Counted from the stretch's first letter, positions 36,292 to 50,519 are shown. The stretch is 64,000 nt of DNA from Penicillus capitatus (GCA_965649825.1 OZ287701.1:671101-735100), one strand, 5' to 3'. The notes: a model not told the origin generated them from the sequence alone. A program made the numbers and translations.

Positions 36292-37779
36292 CATGGCGAT
36301 GGCGAAGCGTACGAAAGTGCATACGCGATCGATTGTGCGGCGATGTTGTGATTTTGGACGCGGTGCACGAACGCCTTGAACGACGGACGAAGTATGACGC
36401 CCTGTCTGACGCAATTATCTTCGATGAGTTACGCGGTTCAGTATTTTTTCACAGTAGACAGGCGCTATGTTCGTCACGCCTTCTGATGCCTCGGACGTCT
36501 TTTCACAAACGTCGTGCGCTGCCGAGAAAACGTTTAGGGTGTGGATGGCCTGCCTCGTGGCGATCATGTTCGACGAAAGGCCGTTCCGTTCGAAAGGGTG
36601 AGTACCCACTGTGCAGTTGCCATGCGTACTGCCGTCACCGCGAGACATCCGTAGACAGTATGGAGATAAAGACGCATCCGTAAACACTGGCATTTTCCAA
36701 CTGATAGAAAACAGGACGAAAAGCACGCAACGCTCGCAGAGTTTTCGCGGTGCATATATTCATGGTATGCTTGCGTTTGAGGATGCAGATCTTGGATGTT
36801 ATGCAACGGGTCCAACGTATCGATTAAAAATCGGTTCTGAGCATCGACCGAGTAGCGAAGCATTGAAGAACGACGATACGGGGCGACCGCTTAAAAGCCG
36901 CGCTTTAAATGAGGAGCAGTTCTTGGGTCGCAAAAGTTCAGTGCCGCCTGAGACGCGGCATGCGGTACATGAAGCGCGCGGATTTTTCTTTTCTGAAATC
37001 GAGCAGGAGGATTGGAGAAATGACATGAAAGTACAGGCACTGCATTGCGAAGCTGTTCGAATGCTAAGTCTATTTCCGTGTTGCGACTGCAATACGCCAC
37101 ATGCTTCACAAAACGGCCTCCCGATAACGCAGTCGTCGTTTTTAAGTGCGTCCGAACAACGCAAGCGGTTACCTGAAAGCCGGGAAAGATGGCGAGACCA
37201 CATGACATCGTCCTCGACGACAAGAACGCGCGTCTTCGTCGAATAACGTCTACTATGAGAAAATCTCAAAGCAGTAAAGATCATTTCCGGCACAACAAGG
37301 ACACCGCCAGGCAGATGAAGGTATCGCCGGAGTCGATTCTTTGCCATGCACACACTCTTCACGATTCAAAGTCGCGGGCGGAAGAACGAATTATTGATCT
37401 ATGAATATATCGTGCCGCGGAAGATTGGGCATCGATTTCATACGTGGTGGTTGAAGCCACTGAAGAGCTGTTGCGACCGAAGAAAAGAGGCTGACGTCTT
37501 GCATTACGTGTGTTTAATGCGTTCTTCTTTTCTTGTAAACTCGCGTCTATCCGGGGTACTCGGTTCACTGTGCTTCGAGTCTTTTGAGCGGCTCTTGACC
37601 TTATTCTCGGTGAGATACAGTCCTTTGTTAGACTAATGCGTCCAGTGCCGGCGTTTGAACGTCGGTTATGCGCGATGGTTTTCAAGGCGGCGAAAATGCT
37701 GAACACGGTGTGTGCTGTCAAGGGAGTCTTCCACGCAGTTTCCCATTCTGCGTCCGGTTCCTGGCCTGTTGACGTTTCA

Positions 37780-40700
37780 ATGGCGTACCCTCTGCATTTC
37801 TGCCGATGCTTACTGATTCTAATGCTCTGCCGTCCGATTCTTGCCTCTTCGGAAAGAGAGGAGAGCTGTATTCTTGATATCTTCCATGGATCACACCTTG
37901 CAATTCGATGCACTGGACCAGAAGAGATTGAAGAAGTATTTGACTGGGTAAATGTGACGGCACGACGGTCTTCTCCTATCGACATCGCCCCTGGAATACA
38001 ACTCTTTGGCGAAGTAGCTGACACAGGACAACGCACCTTTTTGCACATAGAAGATAGAACGCTGGAAATCAGCACCAACATGATGCCAAGCGATCGTAAG
38101 TCACGTCGTTAACAGAAGGCATGCGTATAAGAATTCTGTCCAGTGCTTGAGGCATGGGATGTCCAGAGTGCGATTGCTGTTGTGAATTCGACGGTATGGC
38201 TGGTGAGTAGCACTATCTACCCGGCCAATTCCACATCCATTTCTGGAGGTGAGTCCACGGACAGACACGAGATGTAGCTAGAGAAACTGATCGTGGTGAT
38301 CTAGGTCTCTTTGTTTCGAAATCGCATCTCATTGTCGAAGACTGTCAATTTTACGGGGAAGCTGCTTTTGAGAACAGGAATGAAGCTGGCGTTATTCGAG
38401 CGACGAATGGCTCGTCGGTGGACATTCGGAATTCGAATTTCAAAAACGTCGGCAGTGATGTGGCAGCGATTTTTATTGATGGGGAATCCCATCTCACTGT
38501 TGACGACTGTTCATTTGACGGGAATTTTTCCTCCAAGAACGTGGGTGAAGCTGGCATTGTTCGAGCAGTGAATGGCTCGTCAGTGGACGTGCGGAATTCG
38601 TATTTTCAGGACGTCAGCAGCGATGTGTCAACGATCGACATCGATGGAGCATCCCATCTCTTTGTCGACGGATGTTCATTTGGTGGGAAGTTTTTCTTCG
38701 CAAATAAAAATGCGGGAATTGTTCGAGCAACGAATAGCTCGTCCGTAGACGTCCGAAATACGAATTTTCAAGACGTCAGCAGCAATGGAGCGGCGATTGA
38801 CGTCCAAGGAGTGTCCCATCTCACTGTCGACGGTTGTTTCTTTCGCGGGGATCCTGCTTCTCTTGAGAATGGAAAGAAAACTGGCACAGTTCAAACAGAA
38901 AATGCCTCTCCAGTGAACAAGCGGAATGCGAAGAATCCAACCACTAAGTATGCGTATGAAGCTGGCATTGTTCGAGCAACAAATACATCTGTGGTCGTGC
39001 GGAATACGAAGTTTCGAGATGTCAGCAGTCACGTGGCAGCGATTCACGTCGTTGGGAAACGGCATCTCGATATCTCTGTCGTTACGTTTGCAAGAATCAC
39101 AGGATATCAAGGTTCCGCCATCTATGCCACAGATGGCAGCAGTGTTCGAATTGCTAACTCCTCGTTCTCTGGCTGCGATTCGTCGATGACGGGCACTGTC
39201 ACGATCGAGAGTAATGCTCTTACTCCATAAGTTCAACGTTTTGCTCATTTGCATCGCAGATGGAAAGGAACTGAATATCAGCGGAAGTACTTTGATGACG
39301 AGCAAAGGTGTGAACGGAGCAGCGGTGCATGTGCGGTCTCCATCAGCAGTTGGAGATCTGAACAACTCGGAAAGCGATGTCATGAAGCTACGCATATCCG
39401 ACAGTGACGTTCAGGCGAACGCTGCGACGGAGGACGGAGGTGCTCTGTACGTCTTTGGGGCGGATCTGGAGATAACGCGTACTCAGATCCTTGGAAACAA
39501 AGCCAGCGATCGTGGAGCTGGGCTTGCTCTTTTCGAAGCCAGAAAAGCGACAATCAGAGATTCTTCGGTCGAAGACCACTTCTTTCAGAGCACCAGCATA
39601 TGGTTTGAGCAAACAGGAGCCGGAATCTATGCCGAACTCGTGGAGAGCTTCATTCTAGATAACTGTACCCTTAGAGGCAACAATGCGATCAAAAAAGGCG
39701 GCGGTGGCTACTTTGTGTCGCTTCTGAAACTGGAGATTCGCAACTGCAATATTACGACAAATCACGCGAGAGAAGAGGCTGGATTGGGAGTCAAAGATGT
39801 GAAGAACGTCACTGTCATGAACACGAATGTCACGTCCAATCAGGCCAGTAACTTCGCAGCAGGCTTGTCCTTTCTGGAGACCATGGATTTAACGCTGCGC
39901 AATTTGGTCTTCAGAATGAACGAAGCTCCCAATGTCGGTGCCATGTCAGCAATGTCGGCGAGCAATGTCTGGATGGAAGAATGCACTTTCAGAAACAACT
40001 ATGCCACAGGCGGCGGCGCGGGTGCTCTGAAGCTCATGGCTGCGCTGAACGTCAATATCACTCGGACGAAGATTCTCTTCAACAACGCAAAGGGCGAAGC
40101 GGCTGGCATCTTAGCTGAAAGTGTGGATGACATGACGATCGATGCATCGGTATTTCGAAGAAACGAAGCGCACAGTGGAGCCTCGTGCTTGATCCGTCTA
40201 GCCAAGGCAGTGTACATCATCCAGTCTCGGTTCCGAAACAATCGTGCGACAGATGGAAGTGGAGGTGCTCTCTTTGTCGAACAGGTCGACAGGGCATTCG
40301 TAACGCAGTCGAATTTCTCCTACAATCAGGCACAGAGCGAAGGCGGGGCCTTTTCGATATCGGGCACTCCTCGTGTGAGCTGCATTCAGACGCGCTTTAT
40401 CCAAAACAACTCCACGATGGGATCTGCCGGGGCCTTCGCGGCCAAGCTGATGGACAATGTCTTCCTCCGAGGGTGTCGTTTCTATCAAAACGGTGCTTTC
40501 CGTGACGGAGGTGCCGTGAGTCTAGCAAGCGTCTACAATGAACTAGAGATCATAGATTCAGACTTTGCTGAAAATGAAGCTACTGGGAGGCAAGAATCGC
40601 AAGGCGGAGCTATTGCTGTCTTTCTCTTTTCGAAAATGAACATCGAACACTCAGCATTCAGGAACAACAAAGCACGTCTGAATGGAGGGGCCATAAGTCT

Positions 40701-43091
40701 TCCTGGGACTAAGAGAGAATTGAGTCGCAATCTAGTCATGACAGAAAACACGTTTGTTAGTAACGAAGCCGATGCTGGATCCGGTGGGGCGTTGTATTTT
40801 GAGGTAAGCTGAAGACCCTTTGCTGTCACATCATCACTGATAGATGTTCTTACAGAAATCGCCGCATCTCGAGCTCAATCGTGGACGTTTCGAGAGCAAC
40901 AGAGCCTCTCTAACGGGAGGTGCCATTCTGGTGCAGACAGGCGAACATGTTATCTTTTCTCAGACGTATCTTGGGGACAACCGACTGAAGAAAAGCGAGG
41001 CGGTCGCTGATGATAGCTTTGACAGAAGTCGTCGAGGAAAAGGCCATCGTCCAGAAACTAGAGGATTTCAGAGTGGCGAGGATGGAATCAACGGCAGTGT
41101 CTGGCAGCATCCAAACCGAATAAAGAATGGTGGCGCCATTGCATTGATAGAGATAGACAACACTTCTCTTCTCGGCGTCCAGCTGAGAGCAAACACCGCT
41201 CCAGGATCTGGAGGCGCAGCTTTCATCCAAGTCCTCGATCTCTCGACCCACCCCCTCTGTCGACTGACGAATGCTGTGCAGGGTTCTAGGAGTGTCGTAA
41301 CGGACGGGACAGAGTTTTCCGATAACGAGGCCTGGACGATGGGTGGAGGTCTCTTTGTCGATAGCGTCCAGGCGATTGCCATAGATGCATCAGAGTTTAA
41401 GTATAATCGCGTGAGTAGGAAAGACGACGAGCCAAACTACAAAGGCAACTTTGAACTCAACGGAGGGGGCTTGGTCATTAAGAGATCGCAGAACGTGCGT
41501 CTGAATAAACTCGTCTGTTCGCAGAACCAAGCCAGAGACTCGGGGGGAGCCATTAGCTTTGACGTAAGATCTCTGTCCTCTGTGTCGTGTCTCATCTTGT
41601 CTCTGTGTTTGGCAGATGGTGTCGTTGTTGGACGCTGAAAACTGCCAGTTTGGTCACAACCGTGCACGCAACGGCGGTGCCGTGCATGTGGTGGACTCCA
41701 ATAGGGGATCCATCCATCGTTGCCATTTTGCAGAGAACATGGCTGGTGGTCTGCTTGGAGATAATTCGAATCTCATGCCACAGAACGGCACTCGAGGAGA
41801 TGCAACGATCCCATTGAAGAATAACGCCGGTCATGGGGGTGCCATATTTTTCGAAGATGCACAACACTTCAACATCACAGCTCCAGAATTCCTATCCAAT
41901 CTGGCTCACGGTCGTGGAGGCGCTTTTCACTGCGCGAAATCGGGTAATCTAGCTCTGTCGAACAGTCGTTTTCTGAACAACAGTGCCCTCCACACCGGCG
42001 GCGCCATTTCGGTGCACAGAGGGAATCTCTCGCTGTCAATCGATCAGTTTACAAAGAACCATGCCGTGAACGGAAGCCTTCTGTCCGTTTCGGGAGGCAT
42101 CGTCAATGGCTCAGGAATACAAACCTATCAGAATATGGCTGATGAACACGGCGGATTGGTGTACTGCACCAACCCGAGCAGCATCCGTTTGGCCACGTCC
42201 AAGTTCGTCGACGATGGAAGCCAGCTGGGTGATTCCTTTATGGCGAACTGCAGCTGTCAGGTCGCCATTGTGGAGTCCAAGATCGTCTGTTCAAACGACG
42301 ATGTTCGTGGCTGCGGATTGGTGGCGGCGCCAGATGCCATGTGTGATTCGGGCGTCACTCTGAAGACGGCAAACGTGATCTACTACAACAAATTCTGGAG
42401 CATTTTCAAACTCATTGTACCGGCACTCGTCTCTGTGCCATTGCTGATTCTGATTGCACGGTTCTGCATGCTGCTGTGGACAGGAACTGCCAAGAAACTG
42501 GGAGTTTGGAAAGAAGATGTGGAGCCGGAACCGTTGCTCATCGATGGATATCCAGACATCTGGGGTCCATTACTTGACGACCACGCTGACAATGACAACC
42601 ATCCTCGCAGCAATCTCCACGTACACAGCACCGACATGTTGGATGAACACGTTCCGTGGGATCCATCCACGAACCGTCGTCCATCCACATTCCATCGACC
42701 GGCAGCCATGCGTGCATCCGTTCGCCCTGTTGACAGTGTTCAGTCCATGACGCTAAGGTCCCATCGACTGCGGATGGAGGACGACCTGCTTTGCAGTCCG
42801 AACACCGTTGGAGCAGATTCGAAGAAAGTCGATTATTGCATTTCGAATTTCGACGATTCTGCGACAGCTGTGGCACCTGATATCAAGTGTTATGGAATCA
42901 CAGGTCAACAGCAACATGCGCTTTGCACTCCATCTCTGAAGGAACATCGCATCACGGTCGATGATGACACGCCATCCTCTGTGGAAGATCTCAGACGTCA
43001 CATCTGTCATACGATTCACGAACAGCAAGATTTCAGATTTGAATACGAACAAATGATAGAAACGAGATTTGAGTCTTCGATTTTCGACTGA
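37780..43091 (+). CDS. Type I membrane protein with a large right-handed beta-helix (pectin-lyase-like, PMP-type GGA(I)/FxxN repeat) ectodomain, multi-exon
   Basis: Signal peptide MAYPLHFCRCLLILMLCRPILA, dozens of FxxNxAxxxGGA motifs across ORFs 38418-43091, and a TM segment FKLIVPALVSVPLLILIARFCMLLW. Confidence 0.85.
38382..39080 (+). repeat. Four tandem in-frame units of about 162-165 bp (about 55 aa) in the ectodomain
   Basis: Units start near 38382, 38547, 38709 and 38958 with GAAGCTGGC.TT.TTCGAGC. Confidence 0.85.
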
Positions 43092-43660
43092 TCGAGAGAT
43101 ACGATCAACAAGGGGCTGTATGGCGGGATCGTTGTATACGGATACCATGATTCTGGGCAATAGTCTCACGAACCAACAGGGTTTGTGACTGTTGTCTCTC
43201 TTTTTTTGTTCTCACGTTCGGATTCACCATTTTGGACCTTGATCACTTTACCCCATCTACAGCCTTCTTTTTACCATTGGCATGGAATAGACCACAACGA
43301 ATAAGAAGTTCATTTTTTTGTGCTGCCCCGCCGTCGGATTTGTTCGGTGAATGATGAACCCCATCACGCCATTTCATGAGGCACCAGAAAAGGTGATACA
43401 CAAAGACTTGTCCGATCTCACAGCCTCACACTGTTTAACGCGAAAGTCGTAGCTTTTTAACAGCGTCGCCGCTTAAGATCTTCCGTCACCTTTGGCGATC
43501 GCTGTCAGACGCTTAGAAAAATAAGGGCCTGTTGACAAGAGTACCGTGGGGACATTCGCAACGCGTCTCATGTGAATACGTTCACTCACCCCGTGCAATT
43601 CTTGAGATCCTGCAGCCTGTTTGGACGGATACAACAGTGTGGAGCTCTTTGTTTGTTTGT
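43092..43660 (+). pseudogene. Decayed protein kinase domain downstream of the beta-helix protein stop
   Basis: In order: INKGLYGGIVVYG (in frame after the TGA), FHEAPEKVIHKDL (43372), an AKI..FG remnant, STVGT (43540) and VWS (43637), broken by stops and frameshifts. Confidence 0.5.
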
Positions 43661-45158
43661 TTGCTTGTCTGTCTGTACTTCTACCACCACTTCCATCACT
43701 CATTCGATCGTCAACATTGCCAATGACTCGATCAAGACCTCTTGTTGTTTCATTTATTAAAAGGTCTAGCATAAGCCTTTGATGTGTTATCGATCAGAAT
43801 TGCCAATTGTCTAGTTTTGAGTACGTAATGACTGTGGTCGGAAGACCATTATCACAGTCTGACTGTATGTGTGTCCATGACTCGTTTAATTCCTTTCGGA
43901 TTACGGCAATTGTTATTGGGAAGGGCAGAACCTATCGACGAGCGTCTAATGCGTCGCTTCTAATCTCTTTCCGTTATCTAAACCGCGTGAGTTGGATGAA
44001 TGGTTTGCTGACGGAGAATCGTGCCTGGCCAGCATACCATGCCACGTGGTTAAATCATTCACATGAGATAGGCTTAGATGATGATGATGCATAGATCATC
44101 ACTAGAATCGTAACAGCGTGTTCTGTCGTGTTCCAATGCCAATTTAATGTAATCTCTAAACCTCAGGCTGTCGGAGCCTGTTTAGAAAATCACAGATCTC
44201 TAGCAAGCCTTAGTAAATTGTCAACCTTCTGTTTTCTTGTTTAGTTGTATCTAGTCCATCGGATTATGATTGGAAAGAAAAATAAGATGAAAGGCATGAC
44301 GCTGAGGCGCTATTCATGATATGATAGAGTCGAACAATGGGTGCGGGTTTCTGATTGTCATGTCAACGAGAGATCTGCCGATTCGATCTGCAAGAAGAAC
44401 AAATCATCATGGATCGGTAGATCTCAGTACTTTAACTGCCTGTAAGACTGCAACGCCAGACTCTGTGGTTGTTAACCAACTAACTGTCTATTCTATGCCG
44501 AGCTGAAGTCAGAGAGTGTTGCGAAGGCCCAGCGAATACAGCAGTTGCACATTCCTGTTGCAATGCACGCAACACCTGACTTTCTGACAAGCGCAGACTT
44601 TAATGAATTCTAAGTGCTAGATAGAATTCGGGCAGTATATCGGGAGGGGGAATACTTGTTCGTAAAGGTTATCTGTACAGGAAGAGTGATGCCTGTGTGT
44701 GACATCAAAGTGGGCAATGAGATATATGTCTTCGGACTCTTTCTAGTGTCTGTCTATCATAAGACCAGATCTCAGTCAGATCTCTTCCACGACTAAGTCT
44801 TTGCGAATGTTATCATCAGTGACTAAACTGTAAGTCGGTGTCCTGTTGCCATGCAATAACGCATATCTGCCTCGCGCCTCTCCTGTCCAAGAAAGAGTGA
44901 GAACAGAGCACGCACCTGATGTCATGCAACTTCCGTCCGGCAAAGGTAGCCGCCACTTCACATAACGCGTACATCGAACGCTTACACGTGCCCTGCCGAA
45001 GGAGACATTGTATGGTCTCTCATTATACGGCCGTTCGTTGCGATGTGGGTGAGATTTATCGAGTACCTGTTCAATGGCACTCGTCTGCTTTTCGATTTTA
45101 ACAGTGTTCTGCCAGTCACAGCTATGGCATTGTCCCGTTTCCCTCTTATCGTGCGATT

Positions 45159-45746
45159 CTAAGTGGTTGTCTCCGAAAACAATTCTGTGAAGGCATCGTT
45201 GGCAAACTTCTTCAGTTTGTCTTCAGATCTCTCTCCCGCAAATTTCTTGTGCACTTGACCATTGAAATACGTCTTCAATGTAGGATATCCCTTCACCTGA
45301 GCCCAACGCAACATGCCTCTCGATTTCAGCTGTTGTCATGTGAAACCTCTGCTTTTTCGCAGACCTCTTTGTCCGTAGTGCAATCCACATGGGCAATCAT
45401 GACATTGCCATTCTCTTTGAAGTGCGATCCGACGAGACTCCATGTGGGGGCCAGCTTCTTACAGTGACCTACGGGTAACGATAGCTTCGTGCATGACGAG
45501 GCATCGCTTCATGTCACGCACCACACCAAGGAGCATAGAACTTGATAAACCAGAGCTTCCCATCGCTCGTCTACCAACACATTTCACATAGAGTTCGTAT
45601 TGGCAGCTTCTTCGTACCTTCTCAGTGAAATCTTTCTTTGTCAAATGCACAACGTTCTCCGACGAGAATTGCGTTTTCGCTGAGACAACAACGAAGGCGG
45701 CAACAAGATAAAGAGCGATACCGAAGAGAGACAGGACGCGATCCAT
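45159..45746 (-). CDS. Single-domain PDI-like thioredoxin with signal peptide, multi-exon
   Basis: Signal peptide, [10 protein letters not shown], spliced [23 protein letters not shown] and GYPTLK. TAG at 45159-45161. Confidence 0.9.
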
Positions 45747-45803
45747 AGCGCCGCACTGAGGCTACAAGGCAATGACGATACGCGACACAACGAGGCGGCG
45801 TTA

Positions 45804-48762
45804 ATGACGTGGGTCGATACGTCGCTGTCATCTATGTCGTCGAAACAGAACGGAGTTCGTTGCGTCACCGTCGGCGCTGTCGGCGCCACGCTGACGATCG
45901 AAGACGTCGTGCGCGTTGCCTACGGTGATGGCGTCAACATCGAAACCGCTGCCCTTGAGCGCCTCAAACGTCACATCGAAGAAGACACCCTCCCTCCCCC
46001 TCCCGATGCCGCGGACGCTGAAAATCCACTCGAGACATTAAGAATCGCGCCAGAGCTCATACGAGCGGGTGTGTTCGTTCAGTTGGCCTCTCTCGCAAGA
46101 AGCAAAAGCGGTGTTCGCGTGGAGTGCCTGACCCGTCTACAAGAGAAGCTCCATGCCAAGGAGGACGAGATCATCATGGGACATCCCATGGATCGCAACC
46201 TGCTGGCAAAGCTGCTGCCAGAGGAGACAGAAATACCGAATGCCGAGAAATGGGTACTGACATCGGGGAACGCTTTCTCAGCTGGTATTGGTGCCATGGG
46301 TCTACATCTTGGTCTTGGATTGGCCTCCATAACCAATGGCATCGCTGCTCTTTCCTGTGAAGCCCTGGCGGCTTCGATCAAATCTTTCGATGCGCAACGG
46401 ATCGAAGCCTACGCAAACAAAAACGCTCAGGAAGTCGCTGAATCGATGAGGACATTGCTCAACGGATCCAAACGTGTGCAGTCGAAGAGTGCAGGGATCG
46501 GAAATGTATCAGGCATTCGAGATATCCCAGTGGTCCACGGAGCAGCAGTGGATGCCTTCTCTGCTGTTGAGCTTTCTTTGGTCTCCGAACTTAATGCCGA
46601 TGCACTCGATGCGAAGACGCTGATGGAGTTCCCTCACGAGACGTCGTTCACTTTCTTTACGCGGACGGAAAATGCTGTGCGAAGCGGGATCCATGTGCTC
46701 GAGCTCAGTATCAAACGTGTGGGCTATCTGCTCGATAAGCTTCCTGAACTCCATCCTCTCATGGAGACGTCGGGCATTGCATTGCCTCCCAGAGAAAAGC
46801 TCGAGGAGCTTGCAGCGTTTCTCAAGTCGATGCATGACTCGCTTCTGAAACAGGTGAAGGATCTCAAAGATCAATTGCAGGATGTTTTGCAATGCCAGAG
46901 TGAAGGGGCCCTTCCCACTGCTGGTGTTGCCCTGTTGTCACACGAAGTTCTGAAGAATTTGTCGTCGTCTTTGTCATTGGAATGCGTCCTCGCTTTACTC
47001 TCTCTGCATTTCTTGGAGCCCAAGATTCAGGACACCGACGAGGAGACCTCCGAGCACACATCTAAGAAAGAGAAGAAACGCAAAGGGAAACAGCGTGCGA
47101 CATTTCTGGGCCAAGGAACTGCCCATCTGCGTCGTTTTTTCCTTGAACAACTGCATGCATTGGTCCCTTTTGAAGAACAGTCGCAGACCAGTGTGGTAGA
47201 TAGCCAAGAGCATGTGACACAATGGATGGAGAAGTGCCTTGAGCTGCTGGCTGTGCATGGCTCGAGGCTCTACGAAGTGATCCGAGTGATCCATCAACAG
47301 ATCGATGAACATCAGGTGCAACGCAAGCCCAAGATTCCGAAAGGCGCTCGGGATTTCCTTCCGGATCAGATGCGCATTCGGGAGCAAGTGTTTGACATCA
47401 TCACATCCGTTTTCAAACGACATGGCGCCGTTGCTATCGACACGCCCGTTTTTGAATTGAAGGAGACATTGACAGGGAAGTACGGTGAAGATTCCAAGCT
47501 CATTTACGATCTGGCAGATCAAGGAGGCGAAATCCTCTCTCTCCGTTACGATCTCACTGTGCCCTTCGCCCGCTACGTGGCTCTGAACTCCGTCGGTAAT
47601 ATCAAGCGTTACCACATTGGTAAGGTCTACCGACGGGATCAGCCCCAAATGACCAAAGGACGTTTTCGCGAATTTTTCCAATGTGATTTCGACATCGCTG
47701 GATCGTATGCCTCGATGATTCCCGATGCCGAATGTATCAAAGTACTGGTCGAGGTGTTGAAGAATCTCGATCTGGGCGCGTTTGAAGTGCGGATCAATCA
47801 CCGTAAACTCATCGATGCTATGATGGATATCTGCGGCGTCCCCAGTTCAAAGCATCGCCCAATCTGCTCCGCCATCGACAAATTGGACAAAGAGCCATGG
47901 GAGGTCGTCAGGACTGAGATGGTGGTAGAGAAGGGATTGGATGCGTCCGTTGCCGATCAGCTCGGTGAGTTCGTGCAAGTTCGCGACGCACCGCGAGACC
48001 TTCTCCAAAAACTGACCGATGCTGCACATCCCTTTATGCAACACGACGAAGCTCAGGGCGCCCTGAAAGAGATGGAGACATTACTGAACTATGTGGACAA
48101 TCTGAAAGCGGCGGAACACATTGTATGGGATCTCAGTCTCGCTAGGGGACTGGATTACTATACCGGCGTCATCTACGAAGCAATCTACAAGGAAGGGGCG
48201 ACGGGATCTGTGGCGGCTGGCGGACGTTATGATGAACTGGTTGGGATGTTCAGTGGAAAAGATGTCCCGGCCGTCGGCGTCAGCATAGGCGTCGAACGGG
48301 TCTTTGCTCTCATGGAAAAGAAAATGAAAGAAAAAGCCGAAGCTGACGGCACAACGATTCGTACAAATGAAACTCAAGTGCGATGCCTGCCCCTTGCTTT
48401 GCTTGCCATGCGTCTGAGTGCTGCCTAGGTTTTGGTGGCATCAATTGGAAATGGACTGCAGACACGTCGCATGGAAATGTGCGCTGAGTTGTGGTCTGCA
48501 GGTATCGCTGCCGAATTCGGCTACAAACCGAATCCCAAAATGGGTGACAGTTTTGATTATGCCCTTCAAGAGGGCATCCCTTTTATGGTCTTGTCTACAT
48601 CTCTCACATATGTCGATCGACATCTCACTCTTTTAGGTTCTCTTTGGCGAGGACGAACTGAAGGAAGGTGTGGTCAAGATCAAAGATCTGGCTGCCCGGA
48701 CGGAAGAGGCCGTCAGCAATGCCGATCTCATTCCCGAACTCCTAAAGCGTCTCAACGCATGA
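45804..48762 (+). CDS. HARS: Cytosolic histidyl-tRNA synthetase with N-terminal HAL/PAL-like domain, two 3' introns
   Basis: [62 protein letters not shown] and AGGRYD. The N-terminus resembles ammonia-lyase helices. Confidence 0.95.
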
Positions 48763-48788
48763 AACGTCACATCATTCTCACCATTCCC

Positions 48789-50519
48789 ATGGACGACGAG
48801 CGCTTAGTGACGCGTTTGTTACTGAAGTTCTCAGACAAACGCCGAGGGTGGGTTGCGGTGCGGCGGCAGTCTGGTCGTCTCGCCCTAACGGAGTTTGTTC
48901 GTGCGTTCGAAGCGTTCATCGAGACCGAGACCGACGGCGACGGTGCACGGCGTCTGCGTCGCAACTTTTCTTACCTTCGCAAAACGATCGTCCGCTGTAT
49001 CGACGCATGGAATCGTGCTCGAGCGCGTAATGGCGTGTCGTCTTCCGACAACGTCCGTGTCGACGTGATCGGCGACCAGTTGACGAACGTCGCGCTGGTC
49101 CGACGCCGCGCCCAACCGCGTCATCGTCGACGCCCTGCGCCGACGTCGTTGACCGTCACCCGAACGAACATACCTTTTCTAATAGGTGACGCTTTAGGGA
49201 AGAGAATGGACACGAGTGGCTGCCCATGAAAGGCGAAATCATTATCGGCAATGAATTCGCAGGAGCCATTCTGGGACGCAAGGGCAATACGATACAGAGC
49301 ATTCGCGAGCAGTCGGGATGCCATGTCCATCTCTGTGACTCGCTCGATCACCGCACACGTGTGATCGATATCATCGGCAGTGAACACCAAGTACAGCTTC
49401 CTAGCAGCTTCCAAAGATTTCCGTGTCAGCATTCATGGACCCCACTCGACATATAGGTGATGGAGGCACACCGTTTGGTGAATCAGATTTTGCATAGAGA
49501 GTATCCGGAGTCTTTTCTCAAAGGCATTATGATTCCGATGAAAACGACAATCGATCTGAAAATGAGCATCGAATTAGCGACGTACTTAACGGGGATTAAC
49601 CGAAAAACGCTCTCAGAGATTCAGGCAACAACAGCCGTTGCAGCAACGCTACATGGTCACACATGTTGCATCGCTCTCACTCTTTTTTGAACTATTCGAT
49701 GTGACAGATGTGGAAGGAGAGGAGACATCGAAACGCGTTCGACTGACAGGAAGCTTTGACAAGATTCTCGAAGCGCATCAAGCTGTGCGTCTCACTCTTT
49801 TATTCGGCACTCTCATAAAAATCTCACTCTTAAAGGTCATGACCGTCTTGGACACATACGAAGCCTGGCTGTCCACCAATCAAGGATTTGAACGCCGCAA
49901 AAGAGATGAGATCGCATTGGCTGGTGCATCGAACGATGCAATGAGCGCCTTACGGACCGCTTCTGGTTGGGCACTGTCTCTCTGTCTGGTCTGCTTGTCT
50001 ATTGGACGTCTATCGTTCTGTGCTGAAGGGGACGTGCTTCAAATGTCGACCGTTTTGGTGATGCAGCCCGACGGCAGCTGCAAAGCGACGCAGGTATACG
50101 TGCCTTCTCATGCAGAGGCTACCCTGATCCACACGCCGCCACCCCCACCACCTCCCCCACCCAAACCCACCATACTCCACATGCCAGATCCCTCCTCTGT
50201 TGTTCAAGACACACTCTGTCGGACGCAACGTCCACTCTTTGTGGATGAGAGAATCGTTTCGCAGCAGCCATCGACCAGAGCGTGGCAGAGAGATGCCCAA
50301 ACGCCAGCAGCTGCTGCGACGCATTACACGCAATTGACACCAGCCATGTTGCAGCCAGTGGCAGCGGATTCGGGCCAAGTGTGGGTGCGTCCAGGGGCAA
50401 TGGACACGACTGCCGCCGCCGCCGCCGCCGTCAATGTTTTCCCGGCATCGTCTATGGATGTCATGAATAACACCAGTCCCTTGATTCTGCAACCCAAAGC
50501 CACCCACTATTACCATTGA
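48789..50519 (+). CDS. KH-domain RNA-binding protein with Pro/Ala-rich tail, multi-exon, start uncertain
   Basis: KH GxxG loop AGAILGRKGNTIQSIREQSG, and a second degenerate KH (YLTGINRKTLSEI...VRLTGS). Confidence 0.75.

Noticed and set aside
36333-37450. Overlapping ORFs (211 aa plus, 187 aa minus)
   Set aside because: No motifs and the strand is ambiguous; may be a hypothetical gene but is unsupported.
43770-45000. Short ORFs or TE remnant
   Set aside because: No terminal repeats or recognisable motifs.
48432-49229. 265-aa ORF as one protein
   Set aside because: It reads through a HisRS intron into the next gene. HisRS ends at 48762 after splicing.
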